Positions 50,003-60,054 are shown, counted from the first letter of the stretch. The stretch: 64,000 nt of DNA from an uncultured delta proteobacterium (GCA_963847445.1 CAWJZV010000026.1:64001-128000), one strand, 5' to 3'. Numbers and translations: made by a program. Notes: generated from the letters alone by a model not told the origin.

Positions 50003-50971
50003 ATGTTGCTGGTGACAAAACCGATGTTATCGTTGGTGCTCTTTGGACTCCTACACTTCTTCAGCGGTGGTGTCGGCGCCGAACCGATACGCATCGCCAT
50101 GCCGTCCAAGAGCTTGACCTTTTTGAATTTCTACCTGGCCGAGAAATTCGGCCTGTTCAAAAACGAAGGGCTCGAAGCGAGTTTTCCGGTCGGCAAGGCC
50201 GACGTGCAGCTCACCGCGGTGATCACCGGCGAGATGGAATATATCGCCGCCGCGGGCACATCGCTGCGCGGCGCGGCCACCGGCCTGCCGGTGAAGGCGC
50301 TGATGTTCGCTCTCGACAAACCGCTGTTCTTCATGATGGTCAAGCCCGAAACCAAACGCATCCAGGATCTCAAAGGCAAAGCCGTCGCCGTCACCGCCGT
50401 GGCCGCCACCGACGCCCTCGGCGCGCGCGCCATGGCCAAGGCCGCCGGCATGAATCCCGATCAAGATTTGGTTTTTCTAAGCGCCGGCAACACCGCCAAC
50501 GCCCTCGCGGCGGTGCAGGCCGGTTCGGCGGCGGCGGCGATGCTGTCGATTCCCTTCAACTTGAAAGCCGAAGAACTGGGCCACCGCAGCCTCGGCAACG
50601 CCGCCGATTACCTGCGCACGGTGTTGTCCGGCCTGGCGACCTCCGACGCGCGCATCAAGGCCAATCCGGCGCAGGTCAAACGCACCATCCGCGCGGCGCT
50701 GCGCGGCATGGACTTCGCCCGCGATCCGGCGAACCAGGAGAAAATCATCCCCTACATCATGGAAGACTTTCAGCTCGACCGTAAGACCGCCGAGGCGTCG
50801 TTGCGCGAGATCGTCAAGCACTACTCCAAGGACGGCACCACCAGCGAAGACGCCGTGCGCGCCGATATCGAGTTCGTCCGGGAGCAGAACAAACTCAAGA
50901 CCGCGATACCCACCGCCCAAGTATTGGACTACAGTTTGCTAAAAGAAGTGTTGGCGGAGCTGAAAAAGTGA
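50003..50971 (+). CDS. NMT1/SsuA-like substrate-binding protein
   Basis: EKFGLFKNEGL, DLKGKAVAV, VLDYSLLKEVLAEL. Confidence 0.9.
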   Translation: MLLVTKPMLSLVLFGLLHFFSGGVGAEPIRIAMPSKSLTFLNFYLAEKFGLFKNEGLEASFPVGKADVQLTAVITGEMEYIAAAGTSLRGAATGLPVKALMFALDKPLFFMMVKPETKRIQDLKGKAVAVTAVAATDALGARAMAKAAGMNPDQDLVFLSAGNTANALAAVQAGSAAAAMLSIPFNLKAEELGHRSLGNAADYLRTVLSGLATSDARIKANPAQVKRTIRAALRGMDFARDPANQEKIIPYIMEDFQLDRKTAEASLREIVKHYSKDGTTSEDAVRADIEFVREQNKLKTAIPTAQVLDYSLLKEVLAELKK

Positions 50972-50979
50972 TCTGAAGC

Positions 50980-52572
50980 TCACAGCGCTTCGAACACCGC
51001 GGCGCCACGATCCTCATAGCGCAGCGCGAATCGCGAGTCGCTCAGGAAATGAAAATAGGCGTTAGCATCGAACTCCTTGAGCAAATAAATATAGCGCGCG
51101 CGATAGCGCTCCTTGAGCAACTTAAACGCATCCACGCCTGCCGGATCGGCACAGGCGCCGGTGGGACAGAGGAGCGATGGCCGGTGCGCCGCGATTTTCA
51201 AACCGGACAAATACAACTGCGGATCGAAAGCGTACTGGAAGATCGGGTCCATGCCGCTGGTGTAAACATTCTTGGTATTCCAAAAAAACAGCTCCGCGAA
51301 ATAGTACCAGCGAAAATTAAACACGACATCGCCGGCGTTGGAGTTGGCATGGAGCCAGCGCGCCGCCGGCTCAACTTGATTGACATCCCAGCCGAGCGCG
51401 ACCACGCGATGGCGCTGCGTCACGCTGTAAACCGCGAGCACGCAGAACAAGCCGACGACGGCGAGGCGCGGCCATTTTTTACCAGGCATGATCTCGCCCA
51501 CCGCCAGTGCCAACACCAGCACGCCGAAAGCCGAACAAAAATCGAAACCGCGGCGGGCAAACAGGATCGCAACTAGGAAGAAACCCGATGACAGCATCGC
51601 GCTCAGGAGTAGCGCGGTTTTCATTGACAAGGCGAGCTGGGATCGATTGGCGATGGCGCGCCACAAGAGAAACAGCAGACTTGCCAACCACAGCAGGATA
51701 AACGGCAGATAGTTGCTGGAGTAAGCGAGCACCAACGGGCGCAGCTCGGCGCCGAATTCGAGCGGCGCATGAGCGACGTTCGCAAGCGTAAGGTCGACAA
51801 CTTGAACATAAGCGATCGATGCCGCGCCCAACGGATTGGGCCGCAGCAGCCAGCCGGCGACGAGCCCCGCGCAGCCCGCAACGAATTCACGCCAGCGCAG
51901 TTCCCTATCCGTGAAGATTTTAATCGCCGGAAATAAACCGAGCAAGATCAGCGGCGCAAAAAAAAGACTCAAATGGACCCAGGCGATGGCAAAGGCGATG
52001 AAAAAGACACCGCGAAGATGACCGTGCACGATCTGCGCCAGTAACAGAACAGTCAGTCCGAGCGACAGCACTTGCGGCCGAAGCATGGTGACGCGGTGCA
52101 GCAGAAACGCCGAGGATACCAGCAGTGCGAATGGCCAGAGCCATGCCGGCTTGAGCTCGAGCTTCGCACAAGCGCAATAGATCGTCAGGAGAAACGCCCA
52201 GGTCAGTCCCACCCCGGCCAGACGCATGGCCAACACCGGATCGCCGATCCAGGTAAACGGCATCAAGAGGACATGAAAGCCGTACCAAATATCCGCCGAG
52301 TATTTACCGATGACCGAAAAGGGAATCCACGGAAACGCCGACGAGAAGAGACTCCCCTCGCCATAAAGCGCCGCGTGGCGGAAATGATAAAAGGCGTCGG
52401 GGTCGGCGAACTTGTCCGAGCTAAAATGCAACAGCGCCGAAACGATCAATGCGATGAGCGCAAAGATCAGCGCTTGGCTGCGCGCGCTGAGCGCAGGCAG
52501 CCAAGGAGCTCTCACCGCTCTATCGCCATGCGCTTGCCGAGCGCTGCGCCGCTGTTTTCGCAATCTCGCCAT
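50980..52572 (-). CDS. Polytopic membrane protein, possible GT-C-fold glycosyltransferase
   Basis: DPDAFYH after TM1, RPQVLS, many TM segments, soluble C-terminal domain with GMDP. Confidence 0.7.
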   Translation of the reverse strand: MARLRKQRRSARQAHGDRAVRAPWLPALSARSQALIFALIALIVSALLHFSSDKFADPDAFYHFRHAALYGEGSLFSSAFPWIPFSVIGKYSADIWYGFHVLLMPFTWIGDPVLAMRLAGVGLTWAFLLTIYCACAKLELKPAWLWPFALLVSSAFLLHRVTMLRPQVLSLGLTVLLLAQIVHGHLRGVFFIAFAIAWVHLSLFFAPLILLGLFPAIKIFTDRELRWREFVAGCAGLVAGWLLRPNPLGAASIAYVQVVDLTLANVAHAPLEFGAELRPLVLAYSSNYLPFILLWLASLLFLLWRAIANRSQLALSMKTALLLSAMLSSGFFLVAILFARRGFDFCSAFGVLVLALAVGEIMPGKKWPRLAVVGLFCVLAVYSVTQRHRVVALGWDVNQVEPAARWLHANSNAGDVVFNFRWYYFAELFFWNTKNVYTSGMDPIFQYAFDPQLYLSGLKIAAHRPSLLCPTGACADPAGVDAFKLLKERYRARYIYLLKEFDANAYFHFLSDSRFALRYEDRGAAVFEAL

Positions 52573-52673
52573 AACGGTTGCCGCCAACCGTAACCGAGAT
52601 CTTACGATCAATCAAAGCAAACGGCGTCGCAACTGCGATTCACTCTTTTTCCGATCATCAGCGGTTCGACCAT

Positions 52674-52699
52674 GTAGGGCAGACCCCTGTGTCTGCCCT
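52674..52699. repeat. GTAG REP
   Basis: GTAGGGCAGACCCCTGTGTCTGCCCT. Confidence 0.75.
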
Positions 52700-52764
52700 C
52701 TGCGCACCGGCGCCAGCGCGTTCTCGCTGGCTGGCATTCGCCAGGTCAGTTGCCGTGCGGAGAG

Positions 52765-53763
52765 TTATTTATTGATGCCGTAGGCCGCGTAGGTTCGCTG
52801 CAAGAAGCCGCTCTCGTCGAGTTTTCTGAGCGGCCGGTTGTCGATGAGATCCTCGACTTTGACATTGCCGATGACCGGGTTTTGGATTTTCATCAAGCGC
52901 TGGATATTTTTTATGCCGTCCAACGAGACATAGGGTTTTTGGTCGATGATCTGCACCAGATCGCGATAACCCTGCTCGGCGACGACGGCGTCGGCGATCT
53001 TTAGCCGTTTCATGATCGTGCCCACCACCACCGCTTTGTTCGCCGGCGCCAGAATGAACGCCAGACTTTCGACCAGCCCTTTGAGCAGATTCTCCGCCGC
53101 CTCCGGCTGTTGTTGAAAGAAACCACGGGTACCGACGATGACGTTGCTGACATAGGGAATCCTGGTTTCGGCCAGCTCGGCGAGAACCGTAAAACCCTTT
53201 TGCTTCAAGCGGCGGCTGAACACGCCGTCAAGGGCGGTCGCATCGATGGTGCCGCTTTCCATCGCCTGCACCAGCACCGTCTGATCGCCGATGTTTAGAA
53301 TGCTGATATTGTCGCGCCGCTGTTCGAGGCCGAGATGCTCCAAACCCAGCACCGCGCCCATCCAAACCGAGCCGCCGATGGCTTGCACGCCGAAGCGCTT
53401 GCCGCGCAGCTCTTCGGCTTTCTTGATTTCCGGCCGGGCGACCATCGTATAAGTTAGCTTGTTGGTGAACGACGCGATCATGCGCAAGTCGGTGCCGGCG
53501 CTGGAGGCGCCAAGAATCGACGCGGGACCGGAGTAGGCGACCTGGGTTGCGCCTGAGCTGACGGCGGCGACTTGAATCGGTCCGGTGCGGATAAACACGA
53601 CGTCGGCTTCGACGCCATGCTTGGCGAACAATCCTTGCTCTTGAGCGATCCACAGCGGCGTCTGGCGCGGATTTACACCGGCAAATGAAATGGCGATTTT
53701 CTGCGCTGCGCTGGCGGGTTGAATTGACCCGGCAGCGCCGAGCAATGCGAAAATGGCGCACAA
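52765..53763 (-). CDS. NMT1/SsuA-like substrate-binding protein (start doubtful)
   Basis: EQGLFAKHGVE, ELRGKRFGV, KPYVSLDG, KLDESGF. Confidence 0.87.
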   Translation of the reverse strand: MCAIFALLGAAGSIQPASAAQKIAISFAGVNPRQTPLWIAQEQGLFAKHGVEADVVFIRTGPIQVAAVSSGATQVAYSGPASILGASSAGTDLRMIASFTNKLTYTMVARPEIKKAEELRGKRFGVQAIGGSVWMGAVLGLEHLGLEQRRDNISILNIGDQTVLVQAMESGTIDATALDGVFSRRLKQKGFTVLAELAETRIPYVSNVIVGTRGFFQQQPEAAENLLKGLVESLAFILAPANKAVVVGTIMKRLKIADAVVAEQGYRDLVQIIDQKPYVSLDGIKNIQRLMKIQNPVIGNVKVEDLIDNRPLRKLDESGFLQRTYAAYGINK

Positions 53764-53784
53764 CCCGTCAAGCGACTGCGCCGG

Positions 53785-54690
53785 TTAGCTAAAACCGAAA
53801 GTCTGGCGGAACGATTTCTGATAGCCGTCGATATTGCGAAAGACCGTATCCCAATTGGAATCCCAAAAACGGATGCCTTTGAGCTTCAGCAACGAGCCGG
53901 TCAGCTCGACATCCGGGCGCACCGGATAGCGCAGCGCGATGTTTTGGATCGCCCGCTGCCCCTCTTGCGACAGAATAAAATCGATGAATAGTTTGCCGGC
54001 ATTACCGTGGGGCGCGTTCTTGGCTAGACCGATGGCGACTGGCGGGCGGCTCGGATCGCGTCCGTAGCGCAGCTCCTGCTGCGCCAGCCGGCGCATAAAC
54101 TGCGGCGCCTTTTCTTTGCCCAGGATTTCGACCATGGTGGCGTACCACTCGATGTCGTCCTCGTTGAGCCACATTTTGCCTCTCCATTTGGGCAAGAGAA
54201 AATCGTCATGGGCACGCGGCGCTTCGGCGCGCGAGATTTGCTTGGTATTGAAAGCCGTGACGAAGCTCACGGTGTACGCCGCCGTCCAGTAACCTTCTTT
54301 GTCTTTTAGGTTGTTGCTGATCGTCGATCGTTCCGGCGAAGGGTATGGCGCCAACGCCCCCTTCTGCGCCAGCAGCCAAGCTTGCAGTCCGCCGATGCCG
54401 CCGTAAACATCGGCGCTAAACAGCCCGGCGCGCTGCTCGCGGAGAATTCTTTCGTAGACCGCGGTAGTTCCTTGACGGTGATAGTTGCTCTTGATCGCGG
54501 CATACTTTTGATTGAACTGCTTGATCAGCGCGTGCATATGGTCGATCTGCGTGGTGCCGTAGATCATCAGGTTGGCTTCCTTGACCGCGGCTTTCACCAG
54601 CTCGTCAGACGCGCCGTTGGCGCCACTGTCGACCAATGCAAAAGCGACCGCCAAGGCGCCTAAGAACGCTGGTGTTTTGAATGGTAACAT
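53785..54690 (-). CDS. Fe(III)/PotD-class extracellular solute-binding protein, apparently with an internal deletion
   Basis: GGAGG RBS, AAVKEA..IYG, LKDKEGYWT, PKWRGK, AKNAPH.NA.KLFIDFILSQEGQ. Confidence 0.82.
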   Translation of the reverse strand: MLPFKTPAFLGALAVAFALVDSGANGASDELVKAAVKEANLMIYGTTQIDHMHALIKQFNQKYAAIKSNYHRQGTTAVYERILREQRAGLFSADVYGGIGGLQAWLLAQKGALAPYPSPERSTISNNLKDKEGYWTAAYTVSFVTAFNTKQISRAEAPRAHDDFLLPKWRGKMWLNEDDIEWYATMVEILGKEKAPQFMRRLAQQELRYGRDPSRPPVAIGLAKNAPHGNAGKLFIDFILSQEGQRAIQNIALRYPVRPDVELTGSLLKLKGIRFWDSNWDTVFRNIDGYQKSFRQTFGFS

Positions 54691-54720
54691 CGTGCCTCCG
54701 TCGAGCACGCCATTCGGCGC

Positions 54721-54795
54721 TTAGAGCAGCCAGTTGAGATCGTAGAGCCGCACCGCGTTGGCGAACGTGAGTTTGCGCTGCAGCGGGCGGGGGTA
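54721..54795 (-). pseudogene. C-terminal relic of an amidohydrolase_2 gene
   Basis: PLQRKLTFANAVRLYDLNWLL* matches the K..x.NA..LY ends of the three intact paralogs; in-frame stop just upstream. Confidence 0.6.
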
Positions 54796-55309
54796 AGTGA
54801 ATCAGCCGGCGAATACATCCGAAATGCCCTCCGCTGTAACGATCTGTGAGCCATTGGATCGCTCTTGTCTAAGTTTCTAGCGCGGTCGACGCGCGGCCGG
54901 ACAGAGGTTGATGCAGCGGACGATGGTTCCAATCACCCCGAAACGTCAAGAGAAGCCGCCGTTTGACCGCGCTTGCACTCGCCGCCAACGAGTTCGGCTG
55001 GTCCATCGTCCGCGAGAGCGGAAATCAATACTTCGAGTTGATACCGTCGGCTATGTCGCGCTGAAATCAATCCACTCTCGGTCAAACCGCGAGGCAACGA
55101 AAATCGTTCGCCATACGAGCGACAGCAATCGCCAGGGATTGTGAGCGAACACTTTTGGCGGGAACATTTTTCAACGGAATTGAAAGCAGAGTCTGACTCA
55201 CGCGACGAGGGTGGTTGAAATACTTCGTATACCAAAGACTGAATGTGGTATTTGGCTAACGTTTGCTCAGCGATCGCTCTGTCGATCAACCCAAGAGTTC
55301 GATGTGTTC

Positions 55310-55439
55310 GCTTGTTGAGGCGGAGCTGACGTCGATCCAAGCCGGCGAAACCAGATGTCTTTCGTTCCTTAGTGAGGGTGAGGTTCACAAAGGAAAGCGC
55401 GCCCGCGATCAAAGCGGCAATGATCGTAGCCATTGCCAC
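55310..55439 (-). pseudogene. Degraded N-terminal fragment of a small membrane-anchored hypothetical protein
   Basis: ATIIAALIAGALSFVNLTLTKERKTS then out-of-frame AWID; the rest does not look coding. Confidence 0.4.
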
Positions 55440-55737
55440 TATCGACTGCGGGGGAGTTCTCCAGGGGCCTAAGCAGTTGTTATACTGACCACTATATTAC
55501 GATTAATGACTTACGTCCTTGCAATGAAATTTAGCTTTATGGTCAATCAGTCGTTGTTCGATTCACATGGGCAGTTATTCCAATATACTCGGCCCACATA
55601 TTACCAATTTACTGCCAGCGTTAGCGAGGTTTTGCCGGCTAGTCGCCGGCGTAATGGTTTCACGGTTTGCAACAAACTGAGTTCTGAGATCGAATTCAAC
55701 GCCGTTCGCCCCATCGACACTTCACCGCCCCAACATG

Positions 55738-56695
55738 TCAGGGCAAGCTAAAGACGATCAGTTGATCCGTCACCCCGCCTGATCCAGGCTTCAACGATCC
55801 GGCGACGAGGTAGACACGTCCGCCGGTGGTCGCGGCGGCTGTCCCGTGCCGGCCGCCGGGCATGGGGGCCAGCGTCCGCCAGCTTTTTGTTTTCGGACTG
55901 TAGGCCTCGTTCTCGGCGAAGGTATTGGGCGCGAGCTCGCCGCCCAACACCAGAACCATGCCTTCATAGAGCGTCGCGGCGAGGCCGCTGCGCGCGGTCG
56001 GCAGCGGCGACCCCGACGTCCAAGTGTTGCTTGCCGGGTCGTAGATGTCGTGCATATCGGTCATATCATTGCTCGCGCCGAAGCGTCCGCCGATCGCATG
56101 AATTTTCCCATCGGCGGCGACCAGCGCCATATGATCACGCGCCTTCGGCAGCGGCGCACGCTCGCTCCAAGCTGTTGGTCGTCGGATCGTAGACCTGGTG
56201 CGTCGCGACGGTATCGCCCGCCGGAGTGCGGCCGCCGACCGCGTGAATCTTGCCGTCGAGCGCGGTGACGCCGACCGAGCCCAAACCAACCTTGAGCGGG
56301 CTGAGCGAGCGCCAGCTGTCCGCGGCGGGATCGTATTCAAGAACATGGGGTTGACCGTCCTTGTGCACCGAGCCGACAAAGCCGCCGACGGTGTAGATCT
56401 TGCCGTTCAAAACCGCCGTGCCGATGTGGTCGAGACCGTGCGGCAGCGGCGCGCGGCTGCGCCAGCGATCGGTGGCCGGGTCGTATTCATCATGATAGGT
56501 GCCCGCCACCCCGGCTACGCCGCCGCCGATGACGTGAATTTTCCCGCCCACCGCCGCCAGCGCCACTTCGTTGCGTGGGGTCGGGATCGGCGCTTTCATG
56601 GTCCAGCTTCCCGGCGATTGCGCGTAAACGGTCGACACGCCAAGCACGATGGCGAGTGCCGCGAACTGTAAAAACTTCAATAATCGATTATGCAT
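55738..56695 (-). CDS. Secreted Kelch-repeat beta-propeller protein (+1 frameshift near 56170)
   Basis: Signal peptide, six GKI(H/Y)xxGG..YDP..W repeats, GGAGG RBS. Confidence 0.92.
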
Positions 56696-56736
56696 CCTGT
56701 CCTCCGGTCCGTTCGTAAGGCACGTCATCAGGACAA

Positions 56737-56828
56737 GGGCAGGTTTCCAACCCGCCCCAACGAATTCCGATTCTTTTTTGCGTTCTTTGCGGCCATGATT
56801 CTCATCGGGTGCCGCTTCGCCGCGCTCG
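56737..56828. repeat. Composite REP, TTGCG half element and GCGGC hairpin
   Basis: GGGCAGGTTTCCAACCCGCCC, ATTCCGA, TTTTGCGTTCTTTGCGGCCA, GGTGCCGCTTCGCCGCGCT; same order as 58457-58562. Confidence 0.7.
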
Positions 56829-57003
56829 AGCTAACTGCCAGAGCAGCCCTACGGACAATAGTTCCAGTCGAGCCGAAGCGTCAAGAGCAATTCACGGCGC
56901 AATGCTCGTCGCTAAGCCTTGGCTGCGACCGCAGCGCGCGGCGCGCGGCGGTTTGTCGTTGGCCGAGCTTTAAGATAAAAAATTGCCAGCGAAGATTTAC
57001 AAC

Positions 57004-58255
57004 ATGACCGCACAACCGAGCCGTCTGTCGTTATTCCGCCAGCGGGATTTTTGCGTCTTCTGGACCGGTTCGTTTCTCTCCAGCATGGGCACGCAGTTCA
57101 CCACGGTGGCGATGGCGTGGCAGATCTACGAGCTGACCAATTCAGCCATGCAAATCGGCCTGCTCGGCTTAGCCCGCGCTTTACCGCAGATCGTTTTGCT
57201 GCTGGTCGGCGGCCTGCTCGCCGACGCCATGGACCGGCGCAAGCTCATGATGTGCACACAGACCGGACTGTTCTGCATCTCGACCACCCTGGCGCTGCTC
57301 ACTTATTTCGGCAAAGCTTCGCCGCATATGCTTTACGCCGCGACCATGCTGCTGGCGATCTTCACGTCGCTGGAACAGCCGTCGCGCCAATCGATGATTC
57401 CCAACTCTGGTGCCGCGCGACCATTTGGCTCAAGCGTTGACGCTGCAAGGCACGCAACGCTACGTGCCGGTGATCGCCGGACCGTCGCTCGCCGGCGTGG
57501 TTCTCGCCTTCTCCGGTCCCGCCGCTTGTTATGCCGTCGATGCCTGCTCTTGGCTGGCGATGCTCTCGGCCTTGCGAATGCTCCGCACCAAGATCCCCGA
57601 AGGGGGCGGCTGGAAGAGCGTCTCGCTGGCGTCGTTGCGCGAAGGCTGGGCTTTCGTCTGGTCGCACAGCGTGATTTTCCCGCTGATGCTGCTCGACTTC
57701 AGCGCGACGTTCTTTGGCAACGCGCGCGGATTATTTCCGATCTTCGCCCGCGACATCCTTTTCGTCGGGCCGGCAGGACTCGGATTACTCTATGCCGCTC
57801 GTGCCGTCGGCTCGCTGCTCGCCGCCATCGGCATGACACTGCTTGGCCCGGTAAGACGGGGCGGCCGCTGGATCGTCATCGGCATCGGAATCTACGGTCT
57901 GTCCACTGCGCTGTTCGCTCAGTCGCAGCTATTTTGGTTTTCCATAATCATGCTCACACTGACCGGCGCCGGCGACACCATCAGTTCGATCCTGCGCTCG
58001 ACCATCAACCAGTTGAGCACGCCCGACGAATTGCGCGGCCGCATGTCGTCGATCAACAGCATTTTCACCAGCAATGGACCGCAGCTCGGCCAATTCGAAT
58101 CCGGTCTCGTCGCTGCTTGGCTCGGCGCCCAGATGTCCGCGCTCACCGGCGGGCTGGCGACGCTGATGATTCTAGCGGCGGTGACGGCCGGATATCCTGT
58201 GCTGCGGCGCTATCGGATTCCTCAGGGTGGCATGACAGAGGAGCGACCACGATGA
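57004..58255 (+). CDS. MFS transporter (EntS/MFS_3-like; +1 frameshift near 57406)
   Basis: AMAWQIYELT, GGLLADAMDRRKL, TPDELRGR..GPQLGQFESG. Confidence 0.9.
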
Positions 58256-58452
58256 AACATAACGAACGGCTGGCGTATAAACCGACGCCCACGGCGAGTG
58301 TCGCGACGTCGATGCTCTATCTGCTGTCGCGCTCCAGCCCTCAAGTCGCCGGCGCCACCCCGGAAGGCTTCATCGAAACCCGCTTCGTTAACGAACCGGA
58401 AAGGGCCGGCTTTCTTCGAAGAGATGAGCCGACAGTATGGCAAGTGAGTTAA
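58252..58452 (+). pseudogene. C-terminal relic of an NMT1-like substrate-binding protein
   Basis: YKPTPT..ATPEGFIETRFVNEPERAGF aligns by eye with KPYPS..KDFIDPSLLEELDRSGY of paralogs. Confidence 0.6.
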
Positions 58453-58456
58453 ACAG

Positions 58457-58562
58457 GGCGGCTTTAAAACCCGCTCCGACAAATCCAATTCCTTTTTGCG
58501 AACTTTGCGTTCTTTGCGGCTAAATCTTTTATCTTCTTCGGTTGCGGCGGTGCCGCGCTAGG
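58457..58562. repeat. Composite REP, TTGCG half element and GCGGC hairpin
   Basis: GGGCGGCTTTAAAACCCGCTCCGAC, TTTTGCGAACTTTGCGTTCTTTGCGGCTAA, GGTTGCGGCGGTGCCGCGCTAGG. Confidence 0.75.
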
Positions 58563-58572
58563 CCCCATGTGG

Positions 58573-60054
58573 TTAAGCGTCTTTTCTCTTCCTCTTGAAT
58601 ATCGGCCAAATCAAAAACGCTACCGTCAGTCCAATCAGCACGGCGCAGATCGGCCGCGTCAGAAAAATGTAAAAACTGCCGCGCGAGATTAACAGCGTCT
58701 GGCGCAGAGATGTCTCCATGATCGGCCCGAGCACCATGGCGAGGATGAACGGCGCGCCTTCGAAGCCGACGCGGCGGAGGACGAAGCCGGCGACGCCAAA
58801 GGCGAGCATGATGACGATCTCGGCGACGTTGGCGTTGAGGCTATAAACGCCGATCAAGCAGAAAAGTAATATTAACGGGAAGAGAATCGCGTAGGGGGTT
58901 TTTAACAACCGCACCCAGATGCCGATCAGCGGTAGGTTGAGAATCAGCAGCATGGCGTTGCCGACGTACATGCTGGCGATGAAACCCCAAAACAGTTCGG
59001 GATATTTGGCGATGAACAGCGGGCCGGGCTGGATGCCGTGGATCATTAGCGCGCCCATGAACAGCGCCATGATCGCGCTGGTGGGGATGCCGAGCGACAG
59101 CAGTGGAATGAACGATGCGGCGGTGGCGGCGTTGTTCGCCGCTTCCGGACCGGCCACGCCTTCGATGACGCCAGTGCCGAACTTTTCCGGATAGCGCGAC
59201 AAGCGTTTTTCCATGGCATAGGAAACGAACGACGCGATCACCGGACCGGGCCCCGGGAGAATGCCGAGAAAAAACCCGAGCGCCGAGCCGCGGGCGATCG
59301 GCGCCGCGCTATCGCGCCAATCTTGGCGATTGGGCAGCAATCCTTGTATCTTGGTTTCATAGACCGACTGCTTGCCCAGGACGACCAAATTTTCCAACAC
59401 TTCGGCGATGCCGAACAATCCCATCGCCACCGGTACCAGGCCAAAGCCATCGCGCAGCGTCAGCGTACCGTAGGTAAAACGCTCCTCGCCGGAGATCGGG
59501 TCCATGCCGACGGTGCCGGCGAGCAGGCCCAGCGTCGCCATGATCAGCGCTTTGAGCATCGAACCCTGGGACAAATAGGCGACTAAGGTCAGTCCGGTGA
59601 GGGTCAAAGCAAAATATTCCGGCGGGCCGAAGCTGAGTGCCGCTCTGCCGAGCAGCGGCGCGAGAAACATCAGGCCGACCACGCCGACGGTGCCGGCGAT
59701 GAACGAGCCAAAGGCGGAAATGCCTAACGCCGCGCCGGCACGCCCCTGGCGCGCCATCTTATAACCATCGAGACAGGTTACCACCGACGCGGTCTCACCG
59801 GGAATGTTGACCAGGATCGAGGTCGTCGAACCGCCATACATGGCGCCGTAATAAATTCCCGCGAGCATGATGATCGCGCTGGCGGGCTCCATCTTGAAGG
59901 TAATCGACAGCAAAAAAGCCACCGCGCCCACCGGCCCAAGTCCCGGCAAGACCCCAACCAAAGTACCGACCAAAGCGCCGAGGAAGCAGAACAGCAAGTT
60001 CATCGGCGTCAAAGCCACCGACAAACCGAGGGCGAAGTTGTGCAGCAATTCCAC
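58573..60054 (-). CDS. tctA: Tripartite tricarboxylate transporter large permease
   Basis: GTLVGVLPGLGP, YYGAMYGGS, NIPGE, GPEAANNA, LGIP, GIQPGP. Confidence 0.96.
   Translation of the reverse strand: MELLHNFALGLSVALTPMNLLFCFLGALVGTLVGVLPGLGPVGAVAFLLSITFKMEPASAIIMLAGIYYGAMYGGSTTSILVNIPGETASVVTCLDGYKMARQGRAGAALGISAFGSFIAGTVGVVGLMFLAPLLGRAALSFGPPEYFALTLTGLTLVAYLSQGSMLKALIMATLGLLAGTVGMDPISGEERFTYGTLTLRDGFGLVPVAMGLFGIAEVLENLVVLGKQSVYETKIQGLLPNRQDWRDSAAPIARGSALGFFLGILPGPGPVIASFVSYAMEKRLSRYPEKFGTGVIEGVAGPEAANNAATAASFIPLLSLGIPTSAIMALFMGALMIHGIQPGPLFIAKYPELFWGFIASMYVGNAMLLILNLPLIGIWVRLLKTPYAILFPLILLFCLIGVYSLNANVAEIVIMLAFGVAGFVLRRVGFEGAPFILAMVLGPIMETSLRQTLLISRGSFYIFLTRPICAVLIGLTVAFLIWPIFKRKRKDA

Noticed and set aside
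56983-58452. 489-aa ORF as one protein
   Set aside because: It is the MFS N-terminus, out-of-frame sequence and an SBP relic joined by a frameshift
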